Shown piece after piece: positions 26,716-41,989 of a stretch of 64,000 nucleotides of DNA. A model generated the notes under the pieces. It was not told the origin of the DNA. It saw only the letters and a list, made by a program, of their open reading frames with translations, and searched no databases. The first letter of the stretch is position 1, and each line of letters begins with the position of its first letter. Made by a program: the position numbers and the translations under genes. Source of the DNA: Octopus sinensis (Eukaryota); the NCBI RefSeq assembly GCF_006345805.1, contig NC_043001.1, positions 88,536,001-88,600,000 on the forward strand. The letters run 5' to 3'.

Positions 26716-26766
26716 TGTTAGGAAGCTAATAAGCATGCATTTGACATGCTTATTAGCTTCCTAACA
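26716..26766. repeat. Perfect 22-bp inverted repeat with 7-nt loop
   Basis: tgttaggaagctaataagcatg-catttga-catgcttattagcttcctaaca. Confidence 0.95.
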
Positions 26767-26977
26767 TTTCATGATAACCTATGTAAACTATGACAATTTT
26801 CTATTTTAAGATATACCCTTATCATGATATTGGCTGTCTCAACTCTAGGTTTCTTTTTTTATTTATTTATTGTTTTTACCCTTCCCCAATGCTGTTTGTT
26901 TGAACACTTTAAGGAGTCTTAACCTCCTTTGTAAAGTTGTATACTGTTGTCTCTCAATGATGCTACTTTCTAGTTGA

Positions 26978-27029
<52 letters not shown>

Positions 27030-27363
27030 AGAGCCCCTTAGGTCATGAATGACCATGAGATTGCACCTAGAAAGTTAACCTCCATGGCACAAGTCCAGGC
27101 AAGGTTGTTTATGGAAGACCAGCAGTCATCCATGCATACCAGCCTCCCTTCTCCATGCCACCAATGTTTTTCAAAGTAATGGCAAAAGCTGAAACAGCTT
27201 GGCACCTGTGATGTTACAACTCATTTCCACAGCTGAGTGAATTGGAGCAATGTGAAATAAAGTGTCTTGCCCTAGAACACTACACACAGCCCTGTTTTGG
27301 AATGTAACTCACCACCTCATGATTGTAAGCTCAACTCTCTAACCACTGAGCCATGTGCCTTCA
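27030..27363 (-). mobile_element. tRNA-derived SINE (family of 21832-22173)
   Basis: Colinear similarity with 21832-22173 along its length. Confidence 0.85.
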
Positions 27364-30300
27364 TATTTATACACACTTTATGAAAATATATTTAATTATA
27401 TATAGTTGATCTGATAAAGTCATTTACCTTAGGAAGAATCTCTATGGACAGTGGCTATCTGAAAATTGAAAAGAAGAAATTCCCTTATGAAAGTGCTGTT
27501 CCAGTAACTAAAAAATCATTATTAACCTTAGAATATGAACAATAAACATTGAGACTTGGAGTTCATGATAGTTTTTATTTCATAGTTTAATATTGTTTTA
27601 CACAATTTCATGTTGATTTACCTCATGTTATGTTTATAAACATGTTCACAACTAATGATCTAGTCATATCAATTGCACACAGTATCCATATGTGTTTCTT
27701 CAGAACTGTCTACAAAAACACTGGCACAGAAATAGTTTAACTGTTTCACCTAAATATAGTATGTTTATCAACATTTAAAGTAGGCAGTACTAAGAAATAT
27801 ATATTTTTATCAGGAAAATGACAGGAATAAAAACAGAGAAAAGAAAGAGGAAGACAAAACGCTAGCTCTGTTCAACTTTGACTACATATGTGTGTGCACT
27901 TTTATGCGTGTGTGAATCTGTTTATCCAAATATGTAGTTCAAGTATGTGTGAATATGTTTGCAAATAAGTGAGGATACATACTCATCAAACTTAAAATAT
28001 GTTGTGTCCTTGTGTGTAAAAATTAGGCAGTAGTATATGTGTACTGTTGAGGTATAGCCCAATTGTCTTTGACCAATCCCATTAATAGATGAAAGCACAG
28101 CAGACAGTCAAATAGTATTTATGAGCTATGTGGTCAAGGTTGAACAGAGCTGAAATTTTATCTCTTTCTGTTTCTTTTCCCTCTCTTTTTATTTCTGTCA
28201 ATTTCCTGATAAAATTATATTTCTTGATACTGCCTACTAAAATGTTGAATACTGTACTGTATTTAGGTGAAATAAACTTTTTTTTGTATATTGTTTTTGT
28301 GAACAATTTCGAAGAAACACTTCTATGAGTAGTGTGTCTGTACAGCAGATATAGCTAGATCATTAATTGCAGACATGTTTATAAGTATGACACAAGATCA
28401 GTCAACATGGAATTGTGGAAACAATAGTAAACAATGAAATATAAATGATATTGTGAGCTCTTGTCTTCAGTGTTTATACACTTGTGTGTGATAGAAAATT
28501 CAAAATCTGTTTTTACTTTGTGAGTTGAGAAAATAAGTACGTTGCAGTGATACGCTGTTTGACTAACATGTTACAGCGTAGTCTTAAACATATGTCCCTT
28601 TTTATGTTAAATAAGTTCCAGTATATTTTCAAGCCCTGGAATTTTCTAAACAAGAATTTTGTTCCTTATTATATCAGCATGTACAAAAACAATTGATTAA
28701 AAATGTTTCTCCTTTGATGGATGACAGATGATAGAAAAAAAGCACATATGCTGGAAGGAACACAAACTTAATTACATACCAAACTTACACTTGTAGGTCA
28801 GACACAAATACAAATTTCTAATAGTAAATGCACATGCACGAATAATTCAACAATGCAACCATGAACATCATCATCATATTCATATTCATCATTTAATCCC
28901 TGCTTTTTTATGCTGGCATGGGTTATGTGGGTTGTTGCTGCTCTCCTGAATATGATTGAGAATTATATCTCTCTTAACCAGTGTGTTCTGGGAGCAATTT
29001 TTCATGGTACCAGTACTAGTGAAGTTGACATATCTTTTACAAGATAAAGGGTACTGTGGACTCTATACTTGACAGAAAGTACTGGGTGTATTTTATAAGG
29101 GCACTAGCCTTAGAGAAAATAAGAATGATAGAGTGATAGATTGTAGGGGATGGATAAATGAATGAATGATGGATGTTGATACGAAATGACTGGGAGGGAG
29201 AATATACATAGGATTACAGTAAAGTGTATGTGGTACATGATGGGGTCCTTTATGTATTTGCCTCAAGATGGATGAATAAGTTAAAGTGATGAGTATGAGA
29301 AAAGGAAATTTTGAGTATTGGAGAGAGGGTCTTATAGACTCAACAACATCCCTAGTTCCCCTAGAAGCAAGGTATGGTAAACTGAAGAGACCCATTGTCA
29401 TCTTTAGTCATACAAACAACCTAACACAGTGAGAGTTGAAAGAAGAGGTGAGCTCATTGTGAGATGTGCAGTAGGGGTCCTGATGAAGCACTGAAAGTTG
29501 ATCATCAAAAATAACATTTTTATGAAAGTATTGAAATTAGAATAATTTGGATTTTGCTATTCATTTTACAACAAACATGAAGGTTATAGATGTAAAATTT
29601 ACATTGATATATATATATATATATAACAATGTATGGAGTGTGTGTGTATACAGCTTATTATCATAATGAATGGGACATTGATTTTTCCAAATGTACAGCC
29701 TTATGCTTTAATTACAATCCTTCACTGTCAGCATTACTCTTTGTATTAGAATAGTTTGACAAGAGAATTGCAGTAAGCCCTCTCTCAGTCACTTCTATAT
29801 AAATGACAAGCCTATTAAACTTCATACAAGATGACATAATTTAAAACAGTAATATCTGAACAAACCACAACACAACCTATAAGACATAATAGCAACCATC
29901 TCTGAATAAATTATAACGTCCATAAAACCTCATAACAACTCTGAATACAAATTTGTACATTTAAAAATATCATGTATTGCATCCAGTGCTCACACTGCTT
30001 GACAAATTACCTTAACATTTTACCAATATTATTAAATTTTGTCAGTATTACATCAAACCATATTTCATGCAATGTTTACGGTATTTTACTTGACTTAGAG
30101 TTACACTATACTTCAGCTTATCATTAAATGGTTACTACTTAAATTATATTTCATATTACTGAAACAGTTTTTACTGCTTATCTTCATTAGACCTCTTGGT
30201 AGTATGAGTAAGAGTTTATATATATATATATATATATAGTGATTGTATGTTGTCAACTTAATGTGACAGTTTAATGAAAGGGAAGAATGCTACTGCTATT

Positions 30301-30507
30301 TAGCCCTAAGAAACACTGATAAAGTCATGGCCAACTGGAAATTCTGTTTCCTAGGGCTAAATAGCAGTAGCATTCTTCCCTTTCATGGGACTGTCACATT
30401 ATTAAGTTGTCAACATACCATTACTTTATCGTGCTGCTACTGTATAAATCTCGCTGGGAGATTTAGAAATGTAATATTTATATATATATATATATTTATA
30501 TATATAT

Positions 30508-30820
30508 GCCGGTGGCACGTAAAAAGCACCATCTGATCATGGCCGTTGCCAGCCTCGCCTGGCCCCCGTGCCGGTGGCATGTAAAAAGCACCATCCGTCC
30601 ATGGCCGTTTGCCAGCCCCGTCTGGCACCTGTGCCGGTGGCACGTAAAAAGCACCCACTACACTCACGGAGTGGTTGCTGTTAGGAAGGGCATCTAGCCG
30701 TAGAAACACTGCCAGATCAGACTGGGCCTGATGCAGCCTTTCTGGCTTCCCAAACCCCAGTTGAACCGTCCAACCCATGCTAGCATGGAAAGCGGACGCT
30801 AAATGATGATGATGATGATA
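30508..30820 (+). mobile_element. RTE 3' UTR-only copy with tandem ~57-bp units and (GAT)n tail
   Basis: Three gccggtggca(c/t)gtaaaaagcacc units, then the conserved RTE 3' terminus. Confidence 0.8.
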
Positions 30821-31119
30821 TAATCATTATTGTAGAGATTGGTGCAATTTGGAATATTTGTTCATATTGTTTGAGAAAGTGTTTTTACAGCTGGATACTA
30901 TTGTCTATGATGTAGAAAAGAATAAAGTGATGTCAATAGTCAGTTAAGCAGATTAAAGCAAAATTTATATCTAACTGTATTCATAACTAGTAAAGTTTGA
31001 GTTCTCAATTACTGTACCTTATTCAGTACTTGTAATTTATTTTGTTTCTATGTTTAAACTCATTCCATAACCCTAAATAGATTGTTCTCATAATATTTCT
31101 GATGATCTTTATTTGGCAG

Positions 31120-31203
31120 GTTTTGCTGGAACCCCTGGTTATCTTTCACCAGAAGTATTAAGAAAAGATCCATACGGAAAACCTGTAGATATTTGGGCAT
31201 GTG
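31120..31203 (+). CDS. CaMKII: CaMKII internal exon (84 bp, kinase subdomains VIII-IX): (G)[27 protein letters not shown](G)
   Basis: ttggcag acceptor and gtaagt donor; phase 1-1; peptide is the classic CaMKII sequence; size matches the conserved vertebrate CAMK2 exon as I recall it. Confidence 0.97.
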
Positions 31204-31929
31204 GTAAGTTAATAAAGTTATTTATCATCTTTTATCAACTTAGCTTTCATATTTTAAAAAATGTTCATCCTGGATAACTCTAACCCATGTGAGAAAATAT
31301 TTTTAGAAACATGAAAAGATGCATGTCTACTAAAATTTTGCACTCTTACTCCTGAAAGATTTTAGAAGACATTTGCTTAAGTACATTACGTCACACTCCA
31401 TCTAAACAGTGACGAGAACACTCACATTTTATTTGAAAAAACAGACAACCAAAATACCATGAAATATACCTGCTGGTTTAAAGATGTATGGAACTCTAGC
31501 AAATCTGTTCCAGCATGACTAACCAATTCTAACAAATTCTGTGATAACAATAATGTGTGGATGTGCACACACACAAACACACACATACACACACACACAC
31601 TCAAAAGCAAATGTTCATTTATGTATTAGTGCTCTTAAAACCCACTTCTATTTCTTTCTCCTTCTCTACCTCACCCTCCTTTTAAACCTTTATTCACAAT
31701 TTTTCCTTCTCACAACTACATCTTTCTAGAATTCTATATTTATTCTTCTCCAGCAAACATTTACTGGAGTTCAAATTCAGTCACTTTAATTGACTATCCT
31801 ACCTCACTAGTTGTTCTGCATATAAATGAAGCTGTTTCTGTCCTACTCATTGTACCAATAAAAACTAAAATAGAAATTCTGAAAACTTATCATATATCCC
31901 TGTTCTAAAACATATTTCACTCAGCCTAA

Positions 31930-32058
<129 letters not shown>

Positions 32059-33060
32059 TAACATTCTTTCTTCAAAATCAAAATTTTCTGTTTTTAGTCA
32101 GATTTAGAGAACTTAAATGTTTTATCTTGAAAGAAAGTTACTAATCTTTGGGTGAAATTTGAGGTCTTTTTCCCTAAGAGAAAACTTTTGAAACTATATG
32201 TAAATTCTACTCTTTCATTCACTCATTCATTTATTTAGTTTGTTGTAATTTTCTGTTTCATTGCTTTACTGGATTGCTTGCTTTTGTTGTTGCTGTTGCT
32301 TTTGTAAACTTTTATTTGTTCACTTCAGTAGGCCTATCTGCAACAGATGCCTGGAGATGCATTCTGTTTTGGTTTTTGTAATATTCTACAGATATCAACA
32401 GTTCTTTCCAAGTCTCTCTGAAATAGACCCATTTTGGGAGTTTTCATTGGAGGCTTTCCATATTAGGATCTATTATATCATGACAGTATTCAAAGTTATG
32501 AAAATCTCATATTTTAAGAGTATGTAAATGTCTGACAGCTCATTTTACTATTGTTTGTGATGTTACTGTTCTTTGTATTATTATAATGGCAATGGAATGG
32601 CAAGGATGGTAGAACATTGTTTAAATATCATGCTGTGTCTAATAAAAAAAAAAGGCAGCTGTATGTAAAAAATTTGTGTTTTAACCGCAGGCCTTGATAT
32701 ATTTACTGCCAAACCTCTATATTCAAATTTTAAATTCCATCATAATTGCCTCTCTTCACCATCAGTTCCAGAGTTTCAGTACCAATCAAGTATTGAGATG
32801 AACTTATTTGTCTATCCAAACTCACAGTATTTATGAACTTGAGCCCAACTTAGAAGTTAGCATTATTAATAATCTTTATTGTTACTATTTCACGGGTGTT
32901 GGATTAGCAGAATTGTTTGAGCATTAGGAAAAATGCTATGTGATATTTGTTCCAGCTATTTATGTTCCAAGTTCAAATCCTTGTGTGGTCAATAAAATAA
33001 AATATTAGTCATGTACTGGGATCAATGGTTTCTTCTAAATACTTTGAAATTATTATTATT

Positions 33061-33616
33061 GAGTGAGAGAGCAGTGCATGCCATCAAAGTGACACTGGGG
33101 TAAAATATACAAAGCCCAGTATACCCATCATGACTACCCATCTGATAAGGATACACCAGACACATGCATCACAACCAAATGTGTGCAGAATGGTGATCTC
33201 ATATCAAGATTAACAGCACATGACCTTGCAGTTGAGGCCCAGTTAGAATTTTCTTCAGGTCAAGTAGCCCATCCTACTCAAAAGGCTCCTGAATAAGTGT
33301 TGTTTAATGATGTTGAACAAAACACCCATGTTTCCAGAGGTGAATTATCCAAACCCCAAAGAATTCCTCTCAACACATGGCTATGATGTGCCCCCACTAC
33401 TTCTGCTCATGATCAGAGATGCACATATCATCAGCCACTAAGGGACATGTTCAACTGGTTAAGGTCAAACAACTGACAAGCAAATCTGTGGAATTGAGCA
33501 TAATATTTGCTGTAACCTATCTTTTATACCAAGACAAAACAGTGTACATGATAACTCTTCGAATCAGTTAAGATGAGAAGCCATGAAAGCCACTGCCTGG
33601 TACTGCATTAGGGCAT
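33061..33616. mobile_element. Interspersed repeat flanked by (ATT)n, unclassified
   Basis: More GC-rich ~550-bp block between two (att)n tracts; recognised from memory as a common octopus-type repeat; no second copy in the window. Confidence 0.45.
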
Positions 33617-34339
33617 TTATTATTATTATTATCATTATCATCATCATTATTATTATTTCAAAATTTCCACTGCACTACTTGTGTTCCTGAGGTGTGTGTA
33701 TTATGTTTGTCGGTGAAGTGTTGAGATGTTATGTCTAATTTGCTGTGTATGAGATTTTATTATATAATTCAGTCTACCTATAATTTTGTACATCAGCTAT
33801 GATTGGTTTGTAATTGATTTTTTTCTTTGTATCGAAACCCTTCCTTCATGCATGCATGTATTATGTATATCTTTTATTTGTAATTTTGGGTGGATTTAAA
33901 ATGCATTTAGTTTTCTGTTTTACCTAAATTGTTTACTTCACTTAACTTCCAATTTATCATATTATGTAAATCTAAAGTTGATAACTGCAATAGTTATTTT
34001 TTTTAATTATTCCGTCGATCATTCTGAAGCATCACCAACAATATTATTGCAGTTGTTGTTACTTGAGATTAATGCACTTTACTAATTAAGCTAACTGGGC
34101 TAAATGTGTCATGAAATGGCCAATGTGTTTAGACCTATAGTCTTATATTATTATTGATATCAATTCCTTATCAAAACAGTGGATCTCATAGCACAGATAA
34201 AGCTATAATCTTGGATTGAAGACCCTTTAGATTAGAAAAAGTGAATCTGCCTGTAATACATCAGTCCATATCACAGGTTTGTGTGTACTTCAAGACCCAC
34301 TGTTCCAAAACAGAATTATTTCACATTCTCTTCAAAAAG

Positions 34340-34720
34340 TGCTTACATGGTTGTGTGGTTAAAAGGATTGCTTCCTAACCATGTGGTCTCCAAGTTCAGT
34401 CCCATTTTGCTGTACTTTGGGCAAGTGTCTTCTGTAGCCCCAGGCCAACCAAAGTCTTGTGAGTGGATTTGATAGAAAATCTGAAAGAAGCCGCCTGTCA
34501 TAAATGTATACTTGTGTTTGCATGTGTGTGTACCCTTGTCCTGACATCACAAAATGGTTGAAAATGAGCACCATTGTCCTACTAGCAATGTTGTTCTTCC
34601 ATAGAAAAGCACATCTGGTAAATATTACCATGCTTGGAAAAAGATGAGGGTTGGCAACAGGAAGGGCATAATGCTATAGAAAATCTGTTTCATTAAATTC
34701 CATCTGACTCTTGTAAACAT
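34340..34720 (+). mobile_element. Degraded tRNA-derived SINE
   Basis: Head similar to 41368 (ttgggcaagtgtcttct...cttgtgagtggatttg...gaaagaagcc); tail similar to 48245-48660. Confidence 0.7.
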
Positions 34721-37700
34721 CTCTGACAGAATCACTGGAGTATCAGACAAAAGTCCTTGCCTCCAACTAAGATCAACTCTGTTTTGCATCCTTCTGGAGT
34801 TGATAGAGTGCCATTCAAGTACCTGGGTTAGTTGACAATTCTTTACCAAAAATTTCTAGCCTTGTATCTATATTAAAACAAATCATAATAATAATAATAA
34901 TAAGAAGAAGAAGAAGACAAAGAAGAAAGTACCTATAGTTCATATAAATGTTGATTTAGTGGGTTTTAAAAAAATTTTCTATTACTTATCTGTTAAACTT
35001 TAATTAGATCACATGTGAAGATACGGATTGATGGTGCATGTTTGAAAACCCTACAGCTTGATGCCTTTAACAAAGTTAGATTTAAGTATGAATTCAAACC
35101 TCGCTGCACTTTCAAAGCCTTAACTTGCCATCAACTGTGTCTTACAGATTGGTCTTACATGTAGGTTTCATTTCTATCAATTTTTTTTTAATGTCTCAGA
35201 CCATCACAATTATGGACAAGCTGAAAAACCAACTAAATATACATAAATATTAAACTACACTACTTTCAACGATAGTATTCATTTTTTCTTTTCTATTTTG
35301 AGATTTGTCTTCTAGTTTTCTTTCTTTTCTTTACGAACTATCTCTGATAACAAAAGTTTTGGTTTTATGTAGAAATCTTACAAATACAATGTTAAGTTTT
35401 CATTTGGTAAATTTATATAACATTTTACTGATTAGAAATGGTTTATTGATTTCTATAGATTATACTAATTTTAAAATATGTTTTTATATAGATAAGTATT
35501 GAGCTAAACAGATAGCTAGTGCTCTTAGTTTACTGATGTGAAGCTGCAAGCTGAACTCTTGAAAATTATCTATATTTCCTTCTGGAATGTTCCAAGGTTT
35601 TTCTCAATTTTTAATACCTCCACTTCATTAAGTAACATGCTATATATGTATTATCTGTCTCGAAAGGAAGAAAGATGAGTATCTGTTGCAACGCAGTGCA
35701 ATGTAATGCATTACATAATCTACAATTTGATATGTGCACCAAGATGGAAGTGAAGGAATGATTGTGTTCTAAAGAATTAACTACGATTCACATTTAAGGG
35801 TGTATGTGTACAACCATGTATCTTTGTTCTCATAATATTTTCTTTTTTATTTCTTATTTTACTTTCCTGTTGGTTTCAACATTTTCTCATAGACACATAT
35901 ATTATCATGTGTATAACTTTTAGAGCATTAAAGTTTTTATGAATCGGCACCTTTCTCGAAGCCAGCAAGAAAAACAGATTGTTTCAAAGTCTTTTGTTTT
36001 TTAGAAGAACTTGCCCACTGCTACTCTCTGTAGGCTGCTCTGATATGGTTTGACCTAGTGGTCCCGAGACTATAGACTACTATTACAAACACTTGAATTG
36101 CTGCTCTTACATTAGATGATCCTTTTTCTCTGGCATAAATGAAGTCACTTAATCTTTTATGGAACCACTGAATTGTTGACTTTAAACTTATTAGGGAACC
36201 ATAGCAACCTGTGAAATACTGAAATGTAATATTTAAATTTCTTAATAGTAAGAAGTCTGTTTTTTTTCTTGTTTTTTTTTTTTCTCAGTTCCCACTAAAT
36301 TAGTAGACCATGATGTGAGATAAACACATACATATGGATAAAAGGTGATATGATGCATTGATGTTAGATGATAGTAAACTGAAGAAATAAGTCAGTTGTT
36401 ATCTAATATCTGACCAAAATTGAATGCAGAAAAGAAGGAGCTAATGTTTCAAGTAGAGCCTTTAATTATGGTTTAATCACTAAGGGATGCAGTTCTCATG
36501 GTCTTTATAAGTCCTCCAAAACTAGTGGAGGTGAAGGGAAGAAAGTAAGAAATTATGATCCATGGCATATTGCAATAGGAAACAATTCATCAAAATGTTC
36601 ATGCTATCCTCTTAATGTATGCAACAGAAAATACTCCACTAAAGGCACCCAAGGGTCAGATATGTTGTGCCAAACTGGGGAACAGATTAAGTTTACCATT
36701 CAAGATTATTAAAGATTTCTCCCTGAATCATTATATTGTCTTAGTTAAGAGGGCTGTTTGTGCCATCACACTCATATACTTTAATTACTGCTCTTCGTTG
36801 GTTAATCACAAATAGTCTGTGGGAATTATATGGTTTATATTGGAAGTCTGCATATTAATGTCCTTCTCTCAAGGTCATAGTAACTGTAGTAAATACTGAA
36901 CTCATATCCATCCGATAACAGTCCATTGTCTTAATTTTAACCACAAGATCATTGTATCCAAAGAGTCTATTGCACAAGGTTTTCTGTAAGATCTGAAAGA
37001 GGTAAAGACCAAGACAGCGTGGCATGGTTAATATATTTTATATATCATATATACTATATGTACTTTCTCACATGTATGCACATATATCCTCACATACATA
37101 AACATCTGATAAATAGTCTACAGAAAAGTAGGAACCACTACAGAAAAGTTGGAGTAAGTGGGACATGCTGTTTGAGTTGTAATTTGAAGATTTAAAGTAG
37201 TAGTTGAATCATAATATAATTCTAAAAGGATTGTGAAAAACAAAATCTTTCACTTAGGTTTTGAAAATTTTGATGAAATCTAATGGTTGCTGTGCTAAAA
37301 CTAAGGAATAATTCCTTAGAAAATTATTAAATGTGAATTGTATTAAAGTTTTTGAAAATTGTTTTATATTTAAATATTAAAAAAGTCACCAAACATTTAT
37401 TAATGCACCCAAGTAAATCTTGTTAGTAAAGGGGTGTATAGTGGGGATTCATACACTAGGAAGGAGTTTCAAAGTCTTTTACACAAAAAAACTATGTAAC
37501 AAGAATTAGAAAGTAGATTCTTGTGGATGTGAAGTACAGCTGGAAAGTTAGAAAGTGCAGAGTTGGAGGGTAGTCCACAAGTTGTAAATATGTAAGAGAT
37601 AAAGCAGAGTGTTTTCTTTTCTTCAGAACTTAAAATTGATGAGTAAATCAACTCTTCAATGACTATAATTAGCACAATAGAAGCAAGCTTGAATCTACAT

Positions 37701-38914
37701 GTCAAGTATCAAATATTTCTATTTTTGTTACAATGTCTCATGTAGTCCAATCAGATTAGTTCTTCATGTCAGGAATAGAATGTAATATCTTTCTTGGAAA
37801 TAATTATTTTCTTACTTTTTTGGTGTGATAATGCTTCTGAAAATAGAAGTTTGTTATGTAAGATCTCGTGTAAGTCCTAGACAATTATTTCAGTCTACAT
37901 TTTTACTGAGAGATAGATTAATAATGTTGTATAGACAAGAATTACTTCCAAAAGTTTTATTCAGTGATTCAATTCTGCTGTCATTCTTGTTGTTTTTCTT
38001 TATTTGATGAACCTGAGCCAACTCATGTGCACCGTGGCTGATATTACATTTAAAACATTCTACACATATGCACATAGCAACATTTTACATTTCACAACAT
38101 TCTCCACAGCTTAGAGTTCCAATTATTGACGAGGATATACAATACACTGGCTTTGATATAAAATGTTATCTGATTATATTGAAATTTTAATGGGCAGTTG
38201 TGACTCAAAATCATTTGAAATAATGAAGTATTCATTCATTAAAAGAACTATTATAAACTTCACATTTCATTAAGTTTTCTTGTAATTTCTCAATTCCTGC
38301 TATTTATAAGTTTTCATAGGGCAAGGTGCAAAGTCCCTGCAATTTACAGTATCTTCTCATTCTCCATTAAATCTAACAGTTTCATGATATGAATTAGCAT
38401 CCACCAACTGAATTTCTTCAATTAAAGGACCTGTTTTTGATTAGTGAAAATGGGTTTCCTCAAGAAAACATTTCCACTTAGCATCATCCAAATTGGTTTA
38501 CTTCTATTACTTGTTGTACTTCTTGAGTAAAGAAATAATCTTTCATGAGGTGTGCTGTTAGTTGCTGTTTATAAAAGTGGTTTCCTTAAATAAAAGGCTT
38601 CTAGGAGAACTAGCTCCTACTTGAACATATTAAGATTTGTAATCTTCAAGTCTAAATCATATGGTCTTTCACAATTTGCAAAGATATCACTTGCATTAGC
38701 TATCCTCCTGTTGATTATATGGAGTACTGCAGCTATGATTTATTCCCAAGTTTGATCAAAATGATTTAAAATTCCAAAGATATAATCTAAGATTTTTAGT
38801 TACAATGTACAGGATGAGTAAAGCTACTAAGAACAAACCATAAAAAAAACAAAGATGCCAAACAGGAAAACAATATACTCCCAGGGAAAATAGTACAAAC
38901 ATTCAATTGAATAC

Positions 38915-39615
38915 ATAAAAAAAACTGGCCATTTAACATAACTACTTAAATAATGGCTTCAATGTGGCCACAGAAGCAATTGCAAACTAGGATCAAGTCC
39001 CTCACCCCTGCTGTACACACTACTACATGACAAGAACTCTGATATATCCTTGGCAAAATAGGCATGGTGGCCAGTTGACATTCTCCTCAACAGTGCCCCA
39101 AACACAGCAATCCAGGGAATTCAAATCAGGTGAGCTAGGAGGCTCGTGATCACACTGTTATTTTTCTCTGTAACATGTATAACTCCCACCAGGTGTCCAT
39201 GTACACCACATATTTGACATTATGGACTTTGCCATCTGGAGCAGCTTTGGTGATTAACCTCATCAATACACTAGAGTTGTCATTGATGATAGCTTGCAAA
39301 CTGTTGGATAAATGCAACTAGCTTCGCTACATCTGACCACTGAGATGTTTCTTTTTCTCGGCCACAGATGACATGCTTCTACTAGAGGCTGACTTTCAAT
39401 ACAATAAACTTGGTTATGTTAAAGAAGCTGGCCATCTTCAAGTATCTGCGGTTGGTGGCTAAAACCAAGCATAGTGGACCCTTTTTATTTCTCGTCAGTT
39501 TGGAATCTACCATGTTGATTTTGTCAGTGTATCTGAATGAAAAATAAGAAAGTTAAAATTTGGCATACACTACATAATAATGTTAGGCCATGTGCTTATT
39601 TTTGATACATGATTC
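38915..39615 (-). mobile_element. Tc1/mariner transposase remnant
   Basis: Minus strand 39109-39143 reads PPSSPDLNSLD, close to the SPDLNP motif at the third catalytic Asp; boundaries uncertain. Confidence 0.55.
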
Positions 39616-41367
39616 CTTTAGTTGCATGAAGCCTATAAATAATTGCATTTAATACAAATGGTGGTGCTCCCACCATGGCCACAGCTCATGAACTGAAACT
39701 AGATCAAATCAAATCGTATACAATTGTAGGTACCTTCATACACATGTACTTATATCCTCACATACCTAAACATTTGGTTAGATTGTAAATATTTAGTTGT
39801 TAGGCACCACTGAATGCATATTGACTTGACTGATTTTGTTGGGACAATCTTTACAAGAGGCATAGGTCATCTATACTAAAAAGTAAAATTTTGAATTTCC
39901 TATAGTGATAAAAGCCAATGAATGACACGATGGCAAAGATGAATTTGAGAGAGAGAAAATTTGAAGAAGTATGGCAAATTCTGGAGAAAGCATCAGCAAT
40001 GGTGTTTTCTTTTTCAGAATGATTTACAGAATTCCAATCACCAATGTATCAGTTTATTATTTTAATCTTTGATAAATATTTGTAGCTGAAAATAAAAACA
40101 ACACTTTCTTGATCTGTTAATAGTTGGAAAGGTTTTGCAATTAATCAATATCTCCACTTTATGTCACTCTCAGCAAGGCTTTTCATTCAATCAATGTATT
40201 TTATGTCCTTGAAAAATATGTTAAAGATTGATTATTTTGCAGCAATACACCAAATATGGCCACTTCAGAGGCATTAGTTTGAAGTGCAAATATTTTAGAT
40301 TCATCAGCTGTTCCAAATGTAGCTTTGATAATACAAAATTCAAGACAAGTAAAGATCACAATTTTATGATTATACTAAAAGATAACATGAAATTGGTGAA
40401 AAGTGGCTTTCTTCTTCTTTGTGCCATCAGGTCAAAGAAAATTCCCAATAACTTTTCTGACAGTGGCTGTGTGCTTTCCATGGAATTTTTGTGGAAGAAT
40501 ACAAAAGTGGTTTCTTGTTGTTTTCCTTTAGTTATTTTTTCAAGACACTATTTCATTGACTAGATGTAGACAAGTTCTCTATGCATGCCCGGGTACTCAA
40601 AACATAAAGAGCTGAAACACATACCACAAAATATTTTGTCCAATGCTCTAACAATTCCAACATTATTTAAATGAAGTAAAGTTGGCTTTACTTCATCTAA
40701 TTAATGTGGAATTCACCTGAAACAGAATGAGAACAATCTTTGGAATGATTTTTTATTATTTGAAGGAAATTAATGCTTCTAATCTTTCTGGATCTGGTTG
40801 TAGAATTCTAAAATAAAAATTTTTCTTTTTTTTATCCCAGAAAATAGATAAGTGTATTCATTTATCCTCATACTATGTATACATTTATTTATAATCTTTT
40901 GGTAGGCTCATTAAATTTGTCTCTATTTTGGTTACATCTATACTCACTCTACTTACAATAGCATTGTCAATGATAGCAAATGTTGCATTCAGATGATAAA
41001 AGTAATTATGGTATCAGTTATTCTTTGAAAAGCTGCTACAGCATTCTTCAACTGAAAGAGCAAAACTTATATGAATTTGCTCTATTTTCAAATTTCATAT
41101 AAGATCAGTCATCAACATGTAGTGGCACTTACTAATAAGCTTATTTTAAAGTCCAGCTTGTTAGTATATTTTGAGATGTTCTTTATCAGAGTTAAAATTA
41201 AAAGAAAGGGATATGCATCAGGAAAAGTGGGCTGTTTTTATTTTTTACAGTTTTTCTTAACTAAAACCTTGGTATCTCATGGAGAAACACTGTCCTATGA
41301 TATCTCTCTTAACAAGTTACTGAGCAATCCAAAAAAAAAAAAATTACAAAATAAAAGGAACCATATA

Positions 41368-41756
41368 GGCGCAGGAGTGGCTGTGTAGTAAGTAGCTTGC
41401 TAACCAACCACATGGTTCCGGGTTCAGTCCCACTGCATGGCATCTTGGGCAAGTGTCTTCTGCTATAGCCCCGGGCCAACCAATGCCTTGTGAGTGGATT
41501 TGGTAGACGGAAACTGAAAGAAGCCTGTCGTATATATGTATATATATATGTGTGTTTGTGTGTGTGTGTTTGTCCCCTTAGCATTGCTTGGCAACTGATG
41601 CTGGTGTGTTTACGTCCCTGTTACTTAGCGGTTCGGCAAAAGAGACCGATAGAATAAGTACTGGGCTTACAAAGAATAAGTCCCGGGGTTGATTTGCTCA
41701 ACTAAAGGCGGTGCTCCAGCATGGCCGCAGTCAAATGACTGAAACAAGTAAAAGAG
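41368..41756 (+). mobile_element. Full-length tRNA-derived SINE
   Basis: Head ggcgcaggagtggctgtgtagtaag...ggttcagtccc, CORE-like ttgggcaagtgtctt, internal (TA/TG)n, tail gaaacaagtaaaaga. Confidence 0.9.
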
Positions 41757-41989
41757 TATGTATAGTTATAGCTTTCTGATTTTTTAAAATCAAAACCCTT
41801 AAAAATTTGAGATGGGTCTCAAAGCACAGTAGTTAGGTAATATATTGAAAGTTTAGTTGGAGTGCTACTGTATTTAATCTCCACACTTTTGTGGAGAGAC
41901 ATAGAGAGATGTAAAACTTTGTTCCAACAATAAAGGTACAGAAAGATTATCCATTGTTGAAAATTTGACATTATTGTAAATATTGTCAT

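Noticed and set aside
36289-36310. Strong acceptor followed by TTC CCA (FP), resembling the start of the next CaMKII exon
   Set aside because: Reads FPLN then stop; not FPSPEWD.
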